64,000 nt of DNA from Raillietiella orientalis. Lineage: Eukaryota. The notes below the pieces were generated by a model that saw only the letters and a list, made by a program, of their open reading frames with translations, made no database searches and had not been told where the DNA came from. The translations under genes were made by a program, and so were the position numbers. Positions 37,400-50,172 of the stretch are shown piece by piece. Position 1 is the stretch's first letter. Every line of letters starts with the position of its first letter. The stretch covers positions 186,001 to 250,000 of the forward strand of contig JAYWIR010000008.1 of the NCBI GenBank assembly GCA_036172245.1, in the 5' to 3' direction.

Positions 37400-38350
37400 A
37401 TTTGGTCTTTTGTTCTTCGCGCGAGACAACAACTTTCAACTCCTGATCCACTTTTCGTCCTCCTCTTCGAGCCCAATGAGGATTCAGCGACGACATTTTC
37501 GGCTGTGTCCTTCCGACGCGCGTCCCACTTTGGAAACGTACCCTTTAAGAAACCGGGGTGTTCGTGGGTCCTCCAGGAATACTCAGGAAACGGCCGGAAA
37601 GCCTTTCGGGAGCCGCCGTTTGAAAGCAGAACAAAGATGGCCACCGAAACGGTGACCGAGGAAGCAAAAAGATCCACCCTGCGTTCAGGAAGTCTTACGT
37701 AAAAGGGAGATGGAATTGGGCAAAGGACAAACAAACAAACCGAAGGATGGGGTGCATCGGATGATCCCATAAACTGGGGTTGCATTCGCAATGTGCCACC
37801 TACCGGAATCGCTATAGGATTATAAGAGTGACAGAGAAACTGAATGCATGGATAAGAAACGTTGGTGGCTCCATCTCTGGCGGAACAAGGGAATGAAGGC
37901 AGAAAACCGGGAACGACTTTCCCCCCCTCCCCCTCCGCATCAGACGCTTGCACGGGTTTTTCGATCGTTCTTTGCTTCCTTGGACTGCACGGAAAGATGC
38001 AGCGGCCTAACAGAGTGTCTTCTGCGGGATTTGAATTGCTCTTCCTTGCAGATGCGATCTGTTTCGATCGCTCTCCTTTGCTCTTCCGAATATGACTCCA
38101 TCGAGACCTCATCCAGAAGAATTTCGGCTGCTTCGCTCTGGGAAGGACTGGTGCAATCTTTTGCAGAGGGGGAGGGAAGGAAAAAATCCAGGTGGCTTCC
38201 TGAAGAGAGAAACCTCCGGACGAGGTCCTTCCCGGTCTGCTTCCAGTGGGCGATCGTCTGCGGAGTGGTCCGTGACCTGGAAGCACGCTCTGCCGTGACC
38301 TCTTGAGGAGCCAGGAGACAGGAAGGCGCAGACGAAAAGAGTCCCTTCAG
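37400..38350 (+). mobile_element. Decayed LINE reverse transcriptase
   Basis: LLFLADAICFDRS (D..KAFD-like) and RSGP*PGSTLCRDLL (GVPQGS-like) occur in the expected order. Confidence 0.45.
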
Positions 38351-38929
38351 GAAACTCGCATTCCTCGCACTTCACCTCTCGGTCCGGGGAGGTATTCAGT
38401 CAGCGTCTCTGCCACACCCGCTTCTGCGCCCTGCCTTCAGCGATCCTCGCGTCACGCGAGGACGGTCGCTAAGCAACCCGAACAAGGGACCTTGCCCAAC
38501 ACAGGCAGGAGCGCTGGTGCTCCTCTGCTCGAGAAAAGAGGAGGGGGGAAGTCGAGGAGGAAGATCCTATCACCTGGGAAACGAGCGACAAGCATGCGAG
38601 GACGCTGATCACGAGCGGTGCTTCCTGGCTGTGATCAACGGAGACAGAGAGATCTCTGCCGATTGACTCCCGATGTTTTATCTCGCTCTCGTTCTTCCTC
38701 CGTCTCGCGGCCATCAACCTCCTGTCCTCTCAACAAAGATGAGTCGGCAGTCTCCTAGCGACCCTGCGTAGCATCGCCCGCGTGGGATCCTGCACCTTCC
38801 GGAGACCTCCCTGGGGGAGAGCGCATGCGCTCCTCCCGCCTTTCGTGACGGGGGCTGTTCCTGTGCCCCGCTCACTCCCCGGCTCCTTGGCGTCGCTTCG
38901 AGAGCGCAGAGACTGTCCCTCTCCTTGCC

Positions 38930-39303
38930 GGGAAATCCAGGAAAGCTCCGGAAGAAGGCGTCCGTCCCTCTTACGCTTGGAAAGGAACCCGTAACCTCGT
39001 CGTTTCCGGAGGGATTCCCCGGAAAAGATCCGCTCCTTGTTTTTCTCCCCCGAAGAGAAACCCGAAGGGCCGCTCCCCGAAGGGAGACCGCTCACTGCTT
39101 CACACTCTGGAGAGGCAACCAATCCCATGGAACGCTATGGAGGGTCTCCCCCCTTTGGGGAGGGGAGGGAACGGCTTCATTTTCACAACCGGAGGGAAAG
39201 ATTGAAGGGAACCGCCTCCTTGGTTCCTGGAAGGACCTCGGAGGGTCAACTTCCGATCCCGGCCAGTCAACGGGACATTGGGCTTCCAGTTTCCACCAGT
39301 GTC
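38930..39303 (-). mobile_element. SINE body fragment; its head lies at 40422-40490 beyond a LINE insertion
   Basis: Minus strand ACTGGTGGAA...TTGACTGGCCGGGATCGGAA aligns to 28185-28240. Confidence 0.75.
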
Positions 39304-39304
39304 G

Positions 39305-40421
39305 AACGCGGTCTCATCCAATGCGGACTGCACCTGTGGCAGGTGACCATGCTGGCGAGGAAAAACAGATGGATCTCGTGCCTCCCTGCGAACGGTAGCG
39401 CCTGGCTGCAGGAAACAAGTGGGCGAGGATCCAGGACCCAAGCGCGGAACAGGTGTGACGTTTCCTGTACGCGCGCAACAACAACTGCACGCTCCGGGAG
39501 ATCCTGGAAGATCCCTCGAAGAGTGTGTGGACGAGCAAAACCTCCCTCGCCGCCGCGCTGACCTCCCTTAGGGAACACGTGGACAGCAGCCTTACGGCTA
39601 GATGGGAGGTTACTGTGGAAACCTCCGGAAGGAGGAAGGAACTGGGCGATGCTCCGACCCCGAGTGCTCGACCTCGCAGACTTTTGCGCTGGGGCGTGCT
39701 AGTAGATATTCCGGAGGAAGACCTGCAGCCGCCCCCGGTGCCCATCCTCGACCCCGCCCATTACCCTCACCTTCCCCTCAAAGTGACAACAGTCGGCGTT
39801 GATGCTGCTGCATTGGGGCCTCCCGTGCAACGCCCACCGACACCATTGGGTGGTGAGCCCCAACTGCAGCAGATGCGTAGGAGAGTTCCTCCCGCACCTG
39901 CTCTTGGATTGCGTTGCCCTCCGACTTCTATGGGAATGCTTTGCCGCGTCCCTGCGGAACCCCGAGGACAATTCCAGAGACGTTTTAAAGCTCCTCCTTC
40001 ACGCGGGCCGCATCCCTAGCAGCACTCTGCTGCCTGCGCGGGATCGTGGCTGCATGGAGCAACTTCAGAAGAGACCAGAACGACAGGGACGCCGTATATT
40101 TTGCTGTCCTTTTTCCCCCAAGATGACCCCATCTGGGAACAGCAAAACGGAGCTTGTCGCCATCCTTACAGGAATTCTGAGACCCTCCAGCACGCTGTGA
40201 TCCCTTCCCGAACCCACACCCTTTCTTTTTTGTATTTTTGCTTTTATTGTTCTTTTTGTTTGTATTCCCTTCCCTTGTGCTGCCGAGGCAATCCCTCTGG
40301 TCTGAGTGCCAGATTCCCCAAAGGTTCCTTCCCATAGTTATAAGTAACGTGGAAGGATCAAACGTCCAACCATAGATATGTACGGTTTCTTAAATAAACG
40401 CCCCGGAGTGACCGGTGCCAA
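39305..40421 (+). mobile_element. 5'-truncated L1/Tx1-like LINE tail
   Basis: KNRWISCLPAN...LLHWGLPC...CSRCVGEFLPHLLLDCVAL; AATAAA at 40393 and a terminal CCGG/CCGG hairpin. Confidence 0.85.
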
Positions 40422-40490
40422 CCTACCCCATTTGTCGACGTCGATTCCTCCCAGGATGGGGTTCAAACCCGCAACGCTTGGGGACACGGC
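40422..40490 (-). mobile_element. SINE tRNA head fragment
   Basis: CAAGCGTTGCGGGTTTGAACCCC...GGAATCGACGTC aligns to the other heads. Confidence 0.7.
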
Positions 40491-43239
40491 GATGTACATA
40501 TAGGTAAGCATATATACATAGGTACATGGTACACGTATAGGCAGACGAAACGGTGTATAGATATACATATAGGTAAGAGAAACAATATATACATATGGGT
40601 ATATGGAACAATGCATAGATATAGGGATATACAGATAAATATACATGTACAGGGCGTGTCCCAGTTACTGAGGACGCCTCGTGGCCAGTGCGGTTCGACC
40701 CTGTGGATTGGCGCGCGGCAAGTTGCGTGCTGGTGCAAGGGAGGCTGGCACTTCGGGGAGGGACAGGCCCGCGTGTCGAAACGGATGCGGCTACCAACTG
40801 GAATGGAATCCCCCGGATGCCGAGGTGCTCTCCGTGTTGAGTCGCCCCCGGTTCTCCCTCTGCCAGCGTGCGACGCCGTCAGCGCCTCGTCCGAGAACAC
40901 GTCTGCTGTGCTCGGAGCCATTGCAAGTGAGTCTGCGGAAAGAAACGGAGCGGAGGATCAGGATGAGGAAGGACAAAAATAAAAAAAAAATAAAACTCGC
41001 ATTCAAGCGAGCGCGTGACGTGCGCACCTAGTCGGTGGCCTAGGCAGAGCGACGGCGCCCACTCCGAGCGGAGCTGCAACGCGCCCGCGCTTGTGCAGTC
41101 GAAGCCGGCGTGGCGCGCAGACGGCTGCTGCGCCGGCGGAGGCGCGCACCTGCCCCGCAAGAGGGGGAAGGGGGTTGGCTCGCGCGAAGGAAGCGCGCGA
41201 CCTCTTGGACAGCGGATGACTCGGAGGGGTGGAGCGTTTCCCGGACCCAGGGCACGACTGGCGCCCCTCCCGGATGCGTGGCGAAGGTGCGGGCCACAAC
41301 CTCCTGGCTGGGACGAAGGCGCACGCGTCCGTGGTCGAGGTCCGGCGTGCAGGCTTGACTCAAGGACAGGAATCGACGGTCCCTCCGGTGTTTCCCTCGG
41401 CATAGGTGGCGCTCGCATTCGGGCCGGCGCGAGGTTCCTCGTCAGGTCCCGTGGAGGACGCCACGATCGGCACCAGCTGCGGAATCGGAAGTACTCCAGA
41501 GGGCGAGCGGCGACTCGGCTGCCGGAGCAGGCGACCCTGAAGACGGACGGCGCCCGGGAGCCGAGCGGTCCATCCTCCGCCGCGGACGGAGGACTCCCTG
41601 GCAATGGGGATGCGGCCCCCTAGGTTCAGTCGACCCCCAGTCCCCGCAGGAGCCCTCGTTCCGGCACGGAGCCTCCCTGTGTACGCGTAGCTGCGGACGG
41701 GGTTTCTCGCAAGCTCCCAGCCTCGCCCTCAGGGCCGTAACGCGACGGAACCTTCGCAGGCATCCAACGCAGCTGCTGCGCCACCTCCATCTTGCCTTCT
41801 CGCTCGGCCACCCGCTCAACCCCCTTCATCCCCTTCCTCTATCCCCTCGTCCCGTCGGGGGACGTCCCACGTGTTCGCCCGCGCCTCCCAGCCGGCTGCC
41901 AGTGCGCACCCGGGCCGCTGGGGACGGGACGGGACGGAGTTGCCTCGTCACCGCCTCCTCTCGGAGACAAACAGCGCTGTCCAGGAAGAATTCACCTCCG
42001 GATCTCTCCTGAAGGCCACGACCGCGGTCCTCTTCCAGAGAGGCGCTTCGGAGACCTCCCGCGTCCTTGCGCCTCCCCTCCCCCCTTTCCTCTCCTGGGG
42101 ATGCTGCGCCGGCAGCAGCGATCTCAAGCACCTGCCCTCCGGAGCACCCGGAACCGGAGCGTTCTGCGCGCGGTCATCAACAAGTGGAGGGTCTTCGACT
42201 CCGGCTGGGACGACGCAGATGTTCTGGGAAATCGCGGGAGGCGTCCGCGCGTCCTCGCTAGCGCAGGGCTGGTGACGTCACAACCCGCGCCCGCCACCGC
42301 CTCCGCAGCGAATCGAGGAGGCAAAGAGCGCGGCGAGAACCCCCGGCTGCCTTGCCGTTCTTCGGTGTCTGCTCCAAATGAACGACCGATCGTTCCTGTG
42401 GCCCGCGGGGCTGAAATCCACCGACGGGGGTCCATGGTCCGGCAGGCGGTGGGAATGGGAAGAGGGAAGCACTTTAGAAGGGGAGCCACCGACGCGGCTC
42501 GCGATGCACGAGTGATCTTTCGGATCTTTCGGGAAACGCCCTCAAGGTCGTGACGGCGTTTCCCGCTGTTCCCGGAGGGAACGCCGAAAAGTCCAGAATG
42601 CCCGCATGCAGACCCGAACGGAAGAGGTCGGCGACGAGGAGCAGAGCCTTAAGAGATGGTGCCGAATGGATCGCCTGCCGGCGTCCGAGTCGCCTCCAGC
42701 GCCAATCTTCCGACCTCTACCCATCTCATGGCAGCGACATTTCATAGATTTTATAGATCTATCGAACTTATATACATGTATATCTTATAGATCTATGATA
42801 AACACATATTTTTCTTTTTTATAATTCCAATAATATATATTAATCCGTATACTGATCTATATAAAAATGTACTTATTAATATGTATATAGTAAGCATATT
42901 ATTAATTACAGTAATGATATGTGTGTAACAAATATTAACAAATATATGTCCAATTACAGTGATATTACTATTAATGATATGTTTAAATAAATCTCAAAAC
43001 TAATCTGTATATAAATATATAAATCAACAAGATTTTATAGATCTGATGGATCTATCTATTTTATAGATATACATATCTTCTATATATGTAATAAATACGT
43101 ATCTTCTATTTAAAACACAGACACATATGTATGTATAAATGGATATATGAATATACATAATAAGCACATGTATTTAGTTTTTATGATTTTTGTAATTTAC
43201 ATTAGTCTATATACAAATGTGTACATTAATCCTTTGCGT

Positions 43240-43690
43240 GCTATGGACTCACATATGCGTTTGGCAAATGTTTTTACTTTGTACATGCGAAATAAATTAA
43301 CGCTATCCATGTTTGAGACGCAATATACACTTGCGTTCTTATAATTGCCTTAGCAACGACAGTAAACAAAATTCTATTTCTGCCAGCTAATTATCGTCGG
43401 CTTCTCAGGGAGGTGCCTCTGAAAAAACGAGTAGCCTAATATTCTAGTTTTGTCGCATAAAATTTATTGTGTTGTACCACACTCAATTGAATTTATTGAA
43501 ATTATGATTTTTAAATAAATAATAAAGGTTTGGGAAAAATGAAAACATTTTTTTCGAAGTAGTGTAAATAAATGATTATAATAGTGACTTTCATCAGCAC
43601 TTTATAAAGTCAGTCGGTACCTCGATGGAACGCGCGGTACGCGGGAAAGCGTGTCGTCCAGAGGTCGCAACTGCGACTCGCGTGCCTCCA
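43240..43690 (+). repeat. Dispersed repeat (uninterrupted copy), paralogue of 52985-53166 + 54649-54905
   Basis: Colinear similarity ending GAGGTCGCAACTGCGACTCGCGTGCC in both copies. Confidence 0.9.
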
Positions 43691-43749
43691 GCACAGAACG
43701 TTTAAATCTGATGATTTCCACACCCATAAGCATGTATGTACGCATATTC

Positions 43750-44700
43750 CTTTAGATTGTGGATGCGGAATCTTAATCGATGGGATTCTGTTACCAAAAG
43801 TGTAGTTTAAGGGTGTTTCGTGGAACTCCAGTCTTCGGCCCAAACTGCTCATCCCTGCCGGAAAGGGCTTTCCCGAGACCACTTTGGTATTTCGACAGAG
43901 CCGATGCAGCTCCACCTTGTCGCTGCCCTCTGCCACCACATTCAAACTCGAGATCTTTTGATCTTGCTAGAAAATTCGTGAACCAAAAAGTCTCCTTCGT
44001 TCGTGCTCCTTCCAGGACGGTGGGGTTTGCCTTGTTTACCTGCATCTTTCCTCGGATGCAGTCTCCATGCTGGTGCACTTGGCTTCCTCCGTGCAAACTG
44101 CGATCACCACCGCATGCGGCAGGAATGACGTCGATTTAGTGAATCTGCTTGCTTGCTCGATTCCTTGCGTCAACCGAGGCGCTCGTTGCATCCTCAAGAG
44201 CAATGCTGAAGATTCCATCCGCGTGCAAAACCGCTTCAGTTGCGGAAATAGCAGGATCAAGATCGGAGACGTGAGTTCCTTAGATGATGTGCGTAACCCG
44301 CTCGGATGCACGTCGTCTATGAAAATCGATTCCCGGGAAGACATCCGACCCGCGTGGTGTCTCTATTTGCAATCTGTATTCCGGCACTACTTGCTACTGC
44401 TCCCTCACCGGAATTCCAATCGCCTCGTTCCTCGGCCTTCGGTCCGGACTTTCAGTTCCTCCTTCTGCGAGAGTACTGACCGCCTTGTGCCCGAGGAGGA
44501 CGCCACCCAACTGGCGCGATGGCGCGCGAAGCCTCGCGAGCTCGACCCTACGTGGGGCGCAGGAAAGTCGGATCGAATCCGTGGACGGGTGCCTCTTCGT
44601 CAGCACGTCACTGCGTTTCAAGAACCACTCCAACGACCACAACGAAATGAAAAAGTGTGCACTCGAGTAACGTTCGACGGTTTCGAGGCTCAAACTCGCC
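43750..44700 (-). mobile_element. Decayed LINE APE/linker region
   Basis: DVLTKRHPSTDS (D.WR..HP-like), then EGARTKETFWF. Confidence 0.3.
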
Positions 44701-46299
44701 CGTTCTCAAGAAGCTGCACGCACGGACCACGCATGCGACGGACGTGGTGCGGATGCGGAACGACGGCGGGCCGCCGTTCCCGCAGGCCTTCGAGGGGGCT
44801 GAGGAGGTCCATCGTCAGCCGCAGCGAGTGCACACCTCCGAGCTGGAGATGTGCGTTGTACCTGTACCGATTCGTCCTGAGCGAAGAGAAGAACGGCATC
44901 AGGGTGTTCCTGGCGATGGTGCCCCTGGTGGTCGGCACGGAGACGGAGGAGGCCGGCTTCGCGTCGGGGCAGCAGCATTAACGACTACAAGGAAAGCAGC
45001 GGCTGCAACCCGCGCAAGAAGAGCAGGATCGTGCGGAAACGCGATCCCGGTGAACGACCCGAGGTACATGAGAGAGACCCTGTCTGAGAAAGAGGAGGAA
45101 GGGAGGAGGAGGCCTTGCTTCCTACTCGCTATCCTACCCCTACCTCAGCTCGCCCCAGAAGAATTCCAAGTTCGAGGACAACTCCCGGGAGAACTCTTCT
45201 TGGTGCCGAATACCCCGGGATGATGGTGACGGAGTTCCTGCAGGCAAAGAGGAGCATCGAGCAGGACAGAATGATTCGACCTGCACGGGGGGTCGTCCGG
45301 GCCCTGGCGGTCGTGAAGGTCGTCGGCAAGATGCTGTTCATGGACGAGAAGCTGGAGCGGCAGAAGCCGCGCCGAACGTCGTCAAAGAGGAGCTGCTGCT
45401 GGCGCTGTGCTCCGACGAGGCAAGGATCCGCCTCAGCAAGCCGAGGTTCAAGCTTACCAACCTGATCGCCACCCGCAGGCTGAGAGGGGCGGCGCCAACA
45501 TGGTTGTCACTCGTACGCCTTCCGCTGCGTCCAGGCCAAGGCGGTGCTGTGCGTCGACTGCCCGGAAGAGGTCATGGACCCCATGAAGACGGTTTCGAGG
45601 GAAAGGTGGAAGGAAGGGTCCTTGTGGTGCGTGCCGGCGACGGCCGCTGCGTTTCGATCTTTTCCCCACCCTTCCCCCGTCCATGATGTTTTCCTCCTCC
45701 TCTTCCACCTTCTCGCTCCCGCTGGGCATGGCTAGCTGGCATCCGTCGTTGGCTAGGCGTTCCCGTCTTCTCAAAAGGGAACCCCATGGCATTCTGTTTG
45801 GAAGCTCCAAAAGCATCCCGCGTCTGCAACTCTGGAAATACTGAAGACGATGAAGAAGTTCCGTGGTGGCAAAGGAACGGCTCGCGAGAGGAAAGGAGAA
45901 AAGGGAACGGGGCCGATCGGCGCGCGAGGCATGGCAACGGAGAGACAATCCGTGCGCGGCATCCGCCGGTGTTCCCTTCCTCGCGCTCTTTTCAGGAACG
46001 GCCTCTAGGAAAGCCTCGCGCCTCTCAGCAAGAGAACAGGATCGACCTCGTTCGCCCAAGTTCGAAACGCGCGTCGCTCGGGGCTCCCCGTCGCGTAGCG
46101 ACGCGCAGAAGGGCGTGAGAGCACCTACGGCAACCCGAGACCGCGAAAGCAAGGGGGCGGCGGAGGGTGGAGCGACTCGGGTGACGCTTTGACTACCGTT
46201 CGGGCGAGCACGTTCGTGAAACCTAGTAACGCGTGCTGATGGCGGTGTGCGGGAAAAACGTCAACGGCGGCAGAGGCGGCCAGGAACGCGAGCCCTGGG

Positions 46300-46975
46300 C
46301 TGCGATTCGCCGATTGCCGAAGAACCGTCCGCCACCTTGAGGGGGATTCGCGAAGCTCTTGAAGGCTGTCTACGCCACCCCCGAAGGTGCGTGTTACCCT
46401 TCCAGCTATGGGGTCAACCCCGGAGGCACCACCCCATGAACCCAGGAAGCGCTCCGGAGGGAGTCCGTTCCTCTTGCGCTTGGGAGAGGACCCTGTGGTC
46501 GTCTTAAGGGACCCCCTGGTTTCTATGAGCCGCTCCTGATTTATTCTCCAAAGAGAACCAGGAAAGAATCCGCTCCCTGTTTCCTCCTCTGAAGAGCACC
46601 CCGAAGGAAAGCTTCCCGATTTCCTCGGGAGGGCGCTTCTGACACTCTGGATGGACGATCCTCCGAAGAGGGTACCGGCCAGATCCATGTTGCGCGATAG
46701 AGGGTCCGCACAAGACAGAGGGACCGCTCCATTTTCACAATCGGAGGGCGGAACCCCGAAGGACCTATCGATTCCCGGAAGGGTGCATCCGGGGGTTTCC
46801 TCGAGTGCCGCTACACCTGAAGCCCGTGTTCGCAACCGGCGTCATCTTGAGGGAAAACGGGAATCCTACGACGCACCCACTTCTCTGGTGTCGATCCTTC
46901 CTCGGGCGAGATTCGAACCCGCGACACCTGGCGTCGCGCACGCGGGGGCTGCGGCCGCACGGCCGGCAACGCAGT
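46300..46975 (-). mobile_element. tRNA-derived SINE (rod-structured family)
   Basis: Minus-strand head GACGCCAGGTGTCGCGGGTTCGAATCT plus the shared body. Confidence 0.85.
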
Positions 46976-47869
46976 AGCAGCTTGAGGCTACTTGGGAAAC
47001 GCGACTACAGGCCGGTGCCACCGGAACGAGAGCATCTGTCCTGCCACCGCCGAATCAGGAGAGTCACGTCGTCTGCACGCCGTGGAGGGGAAGAGGGGAG
47101 GGGGAAAGCGACATTCAAGTCATGATGATGATCTCGAGATGATCTCGCTGCATCCGTTCTGACGCATCCTCGCACGGTGCTTGCATCATGCAGCTTTCCG
47201 TCACACATCCGGTTCCCCGAAGGATGGGCACGGACTGATGTGAAACTTCCGCACGCTCAGGGGGTTCGCTGTTTGCGGGTTGTTTCAGGGTTCCTCCACC
47301 CCCCCCCCCCCCCACCTCCTTTTCGAAGTCTTTTCGCAAATGCAAGCGCTTCCTCAACCTTCTGTGACGCAGTGACTTCTCCTCAGTGATGCCATTAACC
47401 TTTTTTTCCCCTTAGCTCCGCGCTAATCTTTCGCCGCGCACACTGCCATCTTCCATCGACCGTAGGAACGAACCCCTCGCCGGACAGCGTGTTTCCCTTC
47501 GCTCCGCGCTTCGCCTCGCTTGCGCGCACTTCACCCGAGCTCTCGCGATGGCCGCATGCCGCTCGCCCTTCCGCTGCGCCTGCGCCGTGGTCTCCTTTTC
47601 GCGCTTCCGTTCGAGCCGGCCCAAGAGGCCCTCGACGGACATCTTCCCCTGAGTCGACCCACGGAAGCGGCTATTCCAGCTGCGCGCTCCCGGAACGAAG
47701 CCCCCTCCCCTCACCTCGTTGGAAGTCACCAGCGGATTTCCCCGCCCAGCAGGTTGCTGCGTCCTCCGGACGAAGGGGCTTGATCTCGCTCCACTTCCTC
47801 CCCTTCGAGGCCCCCTTGCGCGCATGCTGCGGGCCGCACCCGATGAAAGGTGCCTCTTCCGGAGGAGCT

Positions 47870-48235
47870 ATGGCAGTGAGGACTTCGCCGGAGGGGTCTC
47901 CTCCATCCTGAAGGGCGCTCCCCGAAGGTAGCTGCACGCTCCTGAGAAATCGGGAAGCGTCCCATAGGGAAGCCTTTCAGAGGAGGAGGAAACAAGGAGC
48001 GTCTTTTTTTTCCGGGTTCCCTTCTGAGAAGAAACAATGGAGCACCCCCCCCCCCCCCCCCCACAAACCGGGGGTCCTTCCGGAGAGAATGAGGAAGAGG
48101 TTCCTTTCGGGGTTTGCCTACCAAGTGTAGGAGGAACGGAATCCTCTCTCCGGAGTCTTCCTGGATTCACAGAGCGGTTCCCCTCTGGGGTACCTCCCAT
48201 GGCTTGAGGAGTAACATACCCTCGGATGGCGTGGA
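47870..48235 (+). mobile_element. SINE body fragment (rod-structured family)
   Basis: GGAACGGAATCCT...CCTGGATTC...GGATGGCGTGGA homologous to the 3' arm of the family. Confidence 0.75.
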
Positions 48236-48239
48236 GAGC

Positions 48240-48770
48240 CGAGGTGCGTTTTGAGGGGAGCGATTGGAGGCAGTCGACCGGCGAGGTGGCAGACAAAAGC
48301 TGATGTGTGCTTGGACCACGGTGCAGCTGACCGACTCTGAGACACCGAGTGCCCTCCCACGAGAACCACGACTCTGGGGCGAGCTGCTCGGTATTCCTGG
48401 CGAAGACCTGGAGTGTGCACCGGTGTTCGCGGAGAGCAGCGCCCTCCCCCTGAAGCGAATGGGGTCGGCACTTCTGCAGCCATTCCACTGGGGTCGCCCC
48501 TGCAATACCCACCGGCACCACTGGACGTCAGGGAGGGCGAGCCCGGACTGCTGCAGGTGAGGGGAACACAAGTCCCTCCCTTCCGCACCTGCTCGTGGAC
48601 TGTGTTGCCCTCCGGCTCCCATGGGATCGTTTCAGGACGACCTCCGAGATCCCTGTTGGCACCCTCAGGAAGGTTTTCAAGCTCCTCTTTGTGCGAGTGA
48701 GGCCCTGCCTCCAGCCGCAGTCCCAGCAGCCCTTTGCTGCATCTGTGGAGTCGTGGAGGCCTGAAGCGAA
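48240..48770 (+). mobile_element. L1/Tx1-like LINE tail fragment
   Basis: AWTTVQL...WGELLGIP...HWGRPC...PHLLVDCVAL. Confidence 0.8.
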
Positions 48771-49020
48771 AGACCCCGGAGGGTCGACTCCTAAATCCCG
48801 GTCACCCATCGGGGGCATTCGGTTTTCAGCAGCTTCTACATTCGGGACCTGCCGCACCCGAATAGAGGCAGACTAGCGTCATTTTGCGGGGGGACTCGAA
48901 CCCACGACTCACCTATTCATTCCCCTGGTGTCGATGCTTCTCCGGGAGGGACTCGAACTTGCGGCGCGCGGTCCTGCCGGGCGCCGAGACCGCAGCCGCG
49001 CGTCTTCCGACGCGTCCTCC
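48770..49020 (-). mobile_element. SINE head plus start of body
   Basis: Two GTTCGAGTCC units followed by CCCCGCAAAATGACGCT...GACCGGGATT. Confidence 0.75.
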
Positions 49021-49024
49021 GCAT

Positions 49025-49860
49025 CCTTTCAAGGATGCCGGCAAGTTCGCTCTGCGTATTCCTCACATGGAGCCATCTCTCTCGAGAAGCGGACCGCAAA
49101 GTCAATGGCACCCGTATCACCTCTTTCTCCTGAGTTCCAGGCAGCCTCAATCCCGCGCAGGCAGCAGAGAGCTGCGAAGGAAGAGGTTGGAGGAAGAGCA
49201 TCTCGCACGGATGGGAGTCTCAACCCGTCTCTGGGGAGAACCCAGGGTCTCGAAGAAGCGTTCCCACAGGGGACAGAGGGCAACACAGTCCACGAACAGG
49301 TGCGGGAGGGATTCACGCCCCCCCCCGGCACCGGACACAGTTCGGGCTGAACCCTTCCCATCTCCCCCGGGTCCAGTGATGTCGGCGGGCGTTGCATGGG
49401 AAGCCCCAATGCAATAACGGGTTGCCGACTTTTCCAACTTAAGAGGAAGGGTGTGACAGTCTTGGGAGTGGTGACAGCATTGGGGACCACTCGAGGTCTT
49501 CCCGGAGGATTCCCAGTAGCTCGCTACGCCGCAAGAAGTCCTTGCGATGGGGAAGCACTCGTCAGCACACACTCGCCATAGCGTCACTCAGCTGTCTCGT
49601 GGTCCACACGTGCCTAACGCGTTTCTTTTGCTTCCGATCTGGCCGAAGACCTTCCACCTTGGCGGCAGGATGCTGCCGCCATGCGCGCTCAGGAATGGCA
49701 GCGCCACAGTGAGGGAGGTACGGCGCGCCCATAACGCCCTCCAACCGGGATGAACGAGGATTTCCTGGAGCGAGCTTCCTCTGTAGGATGAGCAGGGCAA
49801 TCGCTGCGGTAACATCGGGCTCAGCTCCTAGATCTTCGCCCACGTTCGGAAGGTTTCCCG
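49025..49860 (-). mobile_element. L1/Tx1-like LINE tail fragment
   Basis: HVWTTRQL...RESLPHLFVDCVALCPLW. Confidence 0.75.
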
Positions 49861-50172
49861 CAGCCAGACGCTACCGTCCACGTGACAGCAATGGATCCCA
49901 CCGTTGCCCCTCGTCAGAACGGTCATATACCGAAAGATGACGCCGTATTTAAGCAAACCCGCTCCGCGAGAGGAAGGATTACAGTCCTTCATGGCGGGAT
50001 GTTCTTCTGGCGAGTAGGCGCATCGGTGCGCACCGATGGGTGCCCAGTACTTAGCCGCCAGGGTTAGAGTTTCCCATTTGAACCCGTCGGTCCACTCTCT
50101 CCGGCGTCAGGAGACCCAGTCCACTGTCCCGACGAGGAGCACACAGGTCTTACAAGCGGACACGGAGATGAA

